From: Acidobacteriota bacterium
GTDB taxonomy: Bacteria; Acidobacteriota; Thermoanaerobaculia; UBA5066
NCBI GenBank assembly: GCA_022711615.1
Contig: JAKLER010000002.1
Coordinates: 1-46,772 of the forward strand
Length of the DNA: 46,772 nt
Reading direction: 5' to 3'
Part shown: piece after piece, positions 44,262-46,772 of the stretch
How the letters are laid out: every line of letters begins with the position of its first letter
Numbering within the stretch: position 1 is the first letter of the stretch
Notes under the pieces: generated by a model
The model's database searches: none
Told to the model about the DNA's origin: nothing
Seen by the model: only the letters and a program-made list of their open reading frames with translations
Position numbers and translations under genes: made by a program

Positions 44262-46337
44262 TCAGGCCGAAACCTTCGCGATGATCCCGTCGGCGATCGC
44301 CTTCGGGACCTCGTCGTACCGTTCGAACTGCATGCTGTAGTTGGCCCGGCCCTGCGTCAGGGACCGGAGGGTCGTCGCGTAGCCGAACATCTCGGACAGC
44401 GGCACGGTCGCGGTGATCACCTGGAAGTTCACCCGCGGCTCCATGTGGTTGATCTTCCCGCGGCGGGAGTTCAGGTCGCCGATGACGTCGCCCATGAAGT
44501 CCTCGGGCGTGACGACCTCGACGGCCATCATCGGCTCGAGGATGACCGGGTCGGCCTTCTTCGCCGCGGCCTGGAAGGCCATGGAGCCGGCGATCTTGAA
44601 CGCCATCTCCGACGAGTCGACGTCGTGGTACGAGCCGTCGTAGAGCTCGACCTGGATCTGCGTCGTCGGGTACCCGGCGAGGACGCCGGTGAGGATCGCC
44701 TCGCGGATCCCCTGGTCGATCGGCTTGATGAACTCGCGCGGGATGACTCCGCCGACGATCGCGTTGACGAACTCGTACTCCTTCCCCTCGGGGTGGGGGC
44801 GGAGGCGGATCTTGGCGTGGCCGTACTGCCCCTTGCCGCCCGTCTGGCGGACGAAGCGGCCCTCGGCCTGGGCCTCCTTCCGGATCGACTCGCGGTAGGC
44901 GACCTGCGGCTTGCCGACGTTCGCGCCGACGTTGAACTCGCGGATGAGGCGGTCGACGATGATCTCGAGGTGGAGCTCGCCCATCCCGGCGATGATCGTC
45001 TGGTTCGTCTCCTTGTCGGTCGAGACCCGGAACGTCGGGTCTTCCTGCATGAGCTTCGCGAGGGCGAGGCCCATCTTCTCCTGGTCGGCCTTCGTCTTCG
45101 GCTCGATGGAGAGCTCGATGACCGGCTCCGGGAACTTCATCGCCTCGAGGACGACGACGTTGCCCTTCTCGCAGATCGTGTCGCCCGTGACGACGTTCTT
45201 CAGGCCCACGGCGGCCGCGATGTCGCCCGCCCAGACCTGCTTGATCTCCTCGCGCTTGTTCGCGTGCATCTTGAGGAGCCGGCCGACGCGCTCGTTCGTC
45301 TGCTTCGTGGCGTTGTAGACCGCGGAGCCGGCGTCGAGGTGGCCCGAGTAGACCCGGAAGAAGGCGAGCTGGCCGACGAACGGGTCGGTCATGATCTTGA
45401 AGACGAGGCCCGAGAAGGGCGCGTCGTCCTTCGTCTCGCGGGAGACTTCCTTCCCGTCCTCGTCGATCCCCTTGATCGGCGGGATGTCCACCGGGGAGGG
45501 AAGGTAGGCGACGACGGAGTCGAGGAGCTGCTGGACGGCCTTGTTCTTGAAGGCCGAGCCGCAGACGACCGGGTGGAGCCTGCCGACGATCGTGGCCCGC
45601 CGGAGCGCGGCCTTCAGCTCGTCGACGGAGGGGACGACGCCCTCGAGGTACTTGTGCATCAGCTCGTCGTCGGTCTCGGCGATCGCCTCGATCGCCTTCT
45701 CGCGCCACTTCGCGAGGTCGGCGCGGTGCTCGGCCGGCACCTCGACGGTGTCGAAGTCCGCCCCGAGCGCCTCGTCGCGGAAGTCGTAGGCCTTCTCCTC
45801 GAGGACGTCGAGGACGCCGCGGAACGTCTCCGCGGAGCCCCAGGGGAGGATGATCGGAACGGGCTTCGCCCCGAGCTTGGCGATCATCATCTCGACGCAG
45901 CGCTCGAAGTCGGCCCCGACGCGGTCCATCTTGTTGACGAACGCGATGCGGGGGACGCCGTAGCGGTCCGCCTGGCGCCAGACGGTCTCGGACTGCGGCT
46001 CGACGCCCGAGACGGCGTCGAAGACCGCCACGGCGCCGTCGAGGACGCGGAGCGAGCGCTCCACCTCGGCCGTGAAGTCGACGTGCCCCGGCGTGTCGAT
46101 GATGTTGATCCGGGTGCCGCGCCACGCGCAGGTCGTCGCGGCCGAGGTGATCGTGATGCCGCGCTCCTGCTCCTGGACCATCCAGTCCATCGTGGCCGTG
46201 CCCTCGTGGACCTCTCCCAGCTTGTAGTTGACGCCGGTGTAGAAGAGGATCCTCTCGGTAGTCGTCGTCTTACCGGCATCGATGTGAGCCATGATGCCGA
46301 TGTTCCGGCAGTTCTCGAGCGCGTGCGTTCTCGCCAT
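44262..46337 (-). CDS. fusA: elongation factor G
   Basis: 691 aa from ATG 46337: [35 protein letters not shown]... The upstream 57 aa of the track ORF are rejected. Confidence 0.97.
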   Translation of the reverse strand: MARTHALENCRNIGIMAHIDAGKTTTTERILFYTGVNYKLGEVHEGTATMDWMVQEQERGITITSAATTCAWRGTRINIIDTPGHVDFTAEVERSLRVLDGAVAVFDAVSGVEPQSETVWRQADRYGVPRIAFVNKMDRVGADFERCVEMMIAKLGAKPVPIILPWGSAETFRGVLDVLEEKAYDFRDEALGADFDTVEVPAEHRADLAKWREKAIEAIAETDDELMHKYLEGVVPSVDELKAALRRATIVGRLHPVVCGSAFKNKAVQQLLDSVVAYLPSPVDIPPIKGIDEDGKEVSRETKDDAPFSGLVFKIMTDPFVGQLAFFRVYSGHLDAGSAVYNATKQTNERVGRLLKMHANKREEIKQVWAGDIAAAVGLKNVVTGDTICEKGNVVVLEAMKFPEPVIELSIEPKTKADQEKMGLALAKLMQEDPTFRVSTDKETNQTIIAGMGELHLEIIVDRLIREFNVGANVGKPQVAYRESIRKEAQAEGRFVRQTGGKGQYGHAKIRLRPHPEGKEYEFVNAIVGGVIPREFIKPIDQGIREAILTGVLAGYPTTQIQVELYDGSYHDVDSSEMAFKIAGSMAFQAAAKKADPVILEPMMAVEVVTPEDFMGDVIGDLNSRRGKINHMEPRVNFQVITATVPLSEMFGYATTLRSLTQGRANYSMQFERYDEVPKAIADGIIAKVSA

Positions 46338-46556
46338 AAAGGTTGTGTTCCCGACCTCGGTCGTGTCTGCGCCGTCGAACCCTCCCGGCCTTCGCGTCTC
46401 CGCGATCTCGGGCGGGTTCCGCACGCTGTTAGGCGTGGCCCGGTTCGGTTGTTTCCGCGGACCTCGCCGCCCCTGAAGGTGCGGCCGGTTTCCACGGGCT
46501 CCGGGCATCCCGGGGAGGCCGCCGTCGACCGGCGCCCTCCCTTTCCGTGCAGGCGA

Positions 46557-46772
<216 letters not shown>

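Overview
High-GC (about 70%) bacterial chromosomal window, with core metabolism and translation genes transcribed almost entirely from the minus strand. No rRNA, tRNA, CRISPR array or mobile element was found. The phylum cannot be assigned from this sequence alone.

Gene content by coordinate:
- 1-3710: a minus-strand run of PP2C phosphatase (fragment), J-domain/TPR protein, RodZ-like protein, and two paralogous alpha-helical repeat proteins.
- 3718-19069: one 15.4-kb, 14-cistron unit, aroD-aroE | hisZ-hisG | hisD | hisC | hisB | hisH | hisA | hisF-hisI-hisE | trpE | trpG | trpD | trpC-trpF | trpB | trpA. All 13 junctions are start/stop overlaps of 1-8 nt, and four polypeptides are domain fusions.
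- 19068-19253: the most interesting element. It has a candidate promoter, a 13-codon leader ORF (MTFAPVLWHWHHA, alternating Trp and His codons), mutually exclusive helices and an intrinsic terminator. This looks like a transcription attenuator sensing both Trp and His, matching the operon it precedes.
- 19250-26473: cysS, a divergent receiver+GAF-like response regulator, a 64-nt tandem repeat (2.8 copies), def, a cNMP-binding protein, a large secreted FecR/Trp-rich protein, a small membrane protein and acpS.
- 26648-46772: the classical str/S10/spc/alpha ribosomal cluster, rpsG(partial)-fusA-tuf-rpsJ...rplQ, including secY, adk, map, infA, rpmJ and rpoA. Several ribosomal proteins carry Lys/Ala/Pro-rich extensions, and there is a 197-nt hairpin-rich spacer between rpsK and rpsD.

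Many long Arg/Pro/Gly-rich ORFs in the six-frame track are antisense or out-of-frame artefacts of the GC content and are rejected. All protein identifications are by eye from conserved motifs and synteny. No database search was run.
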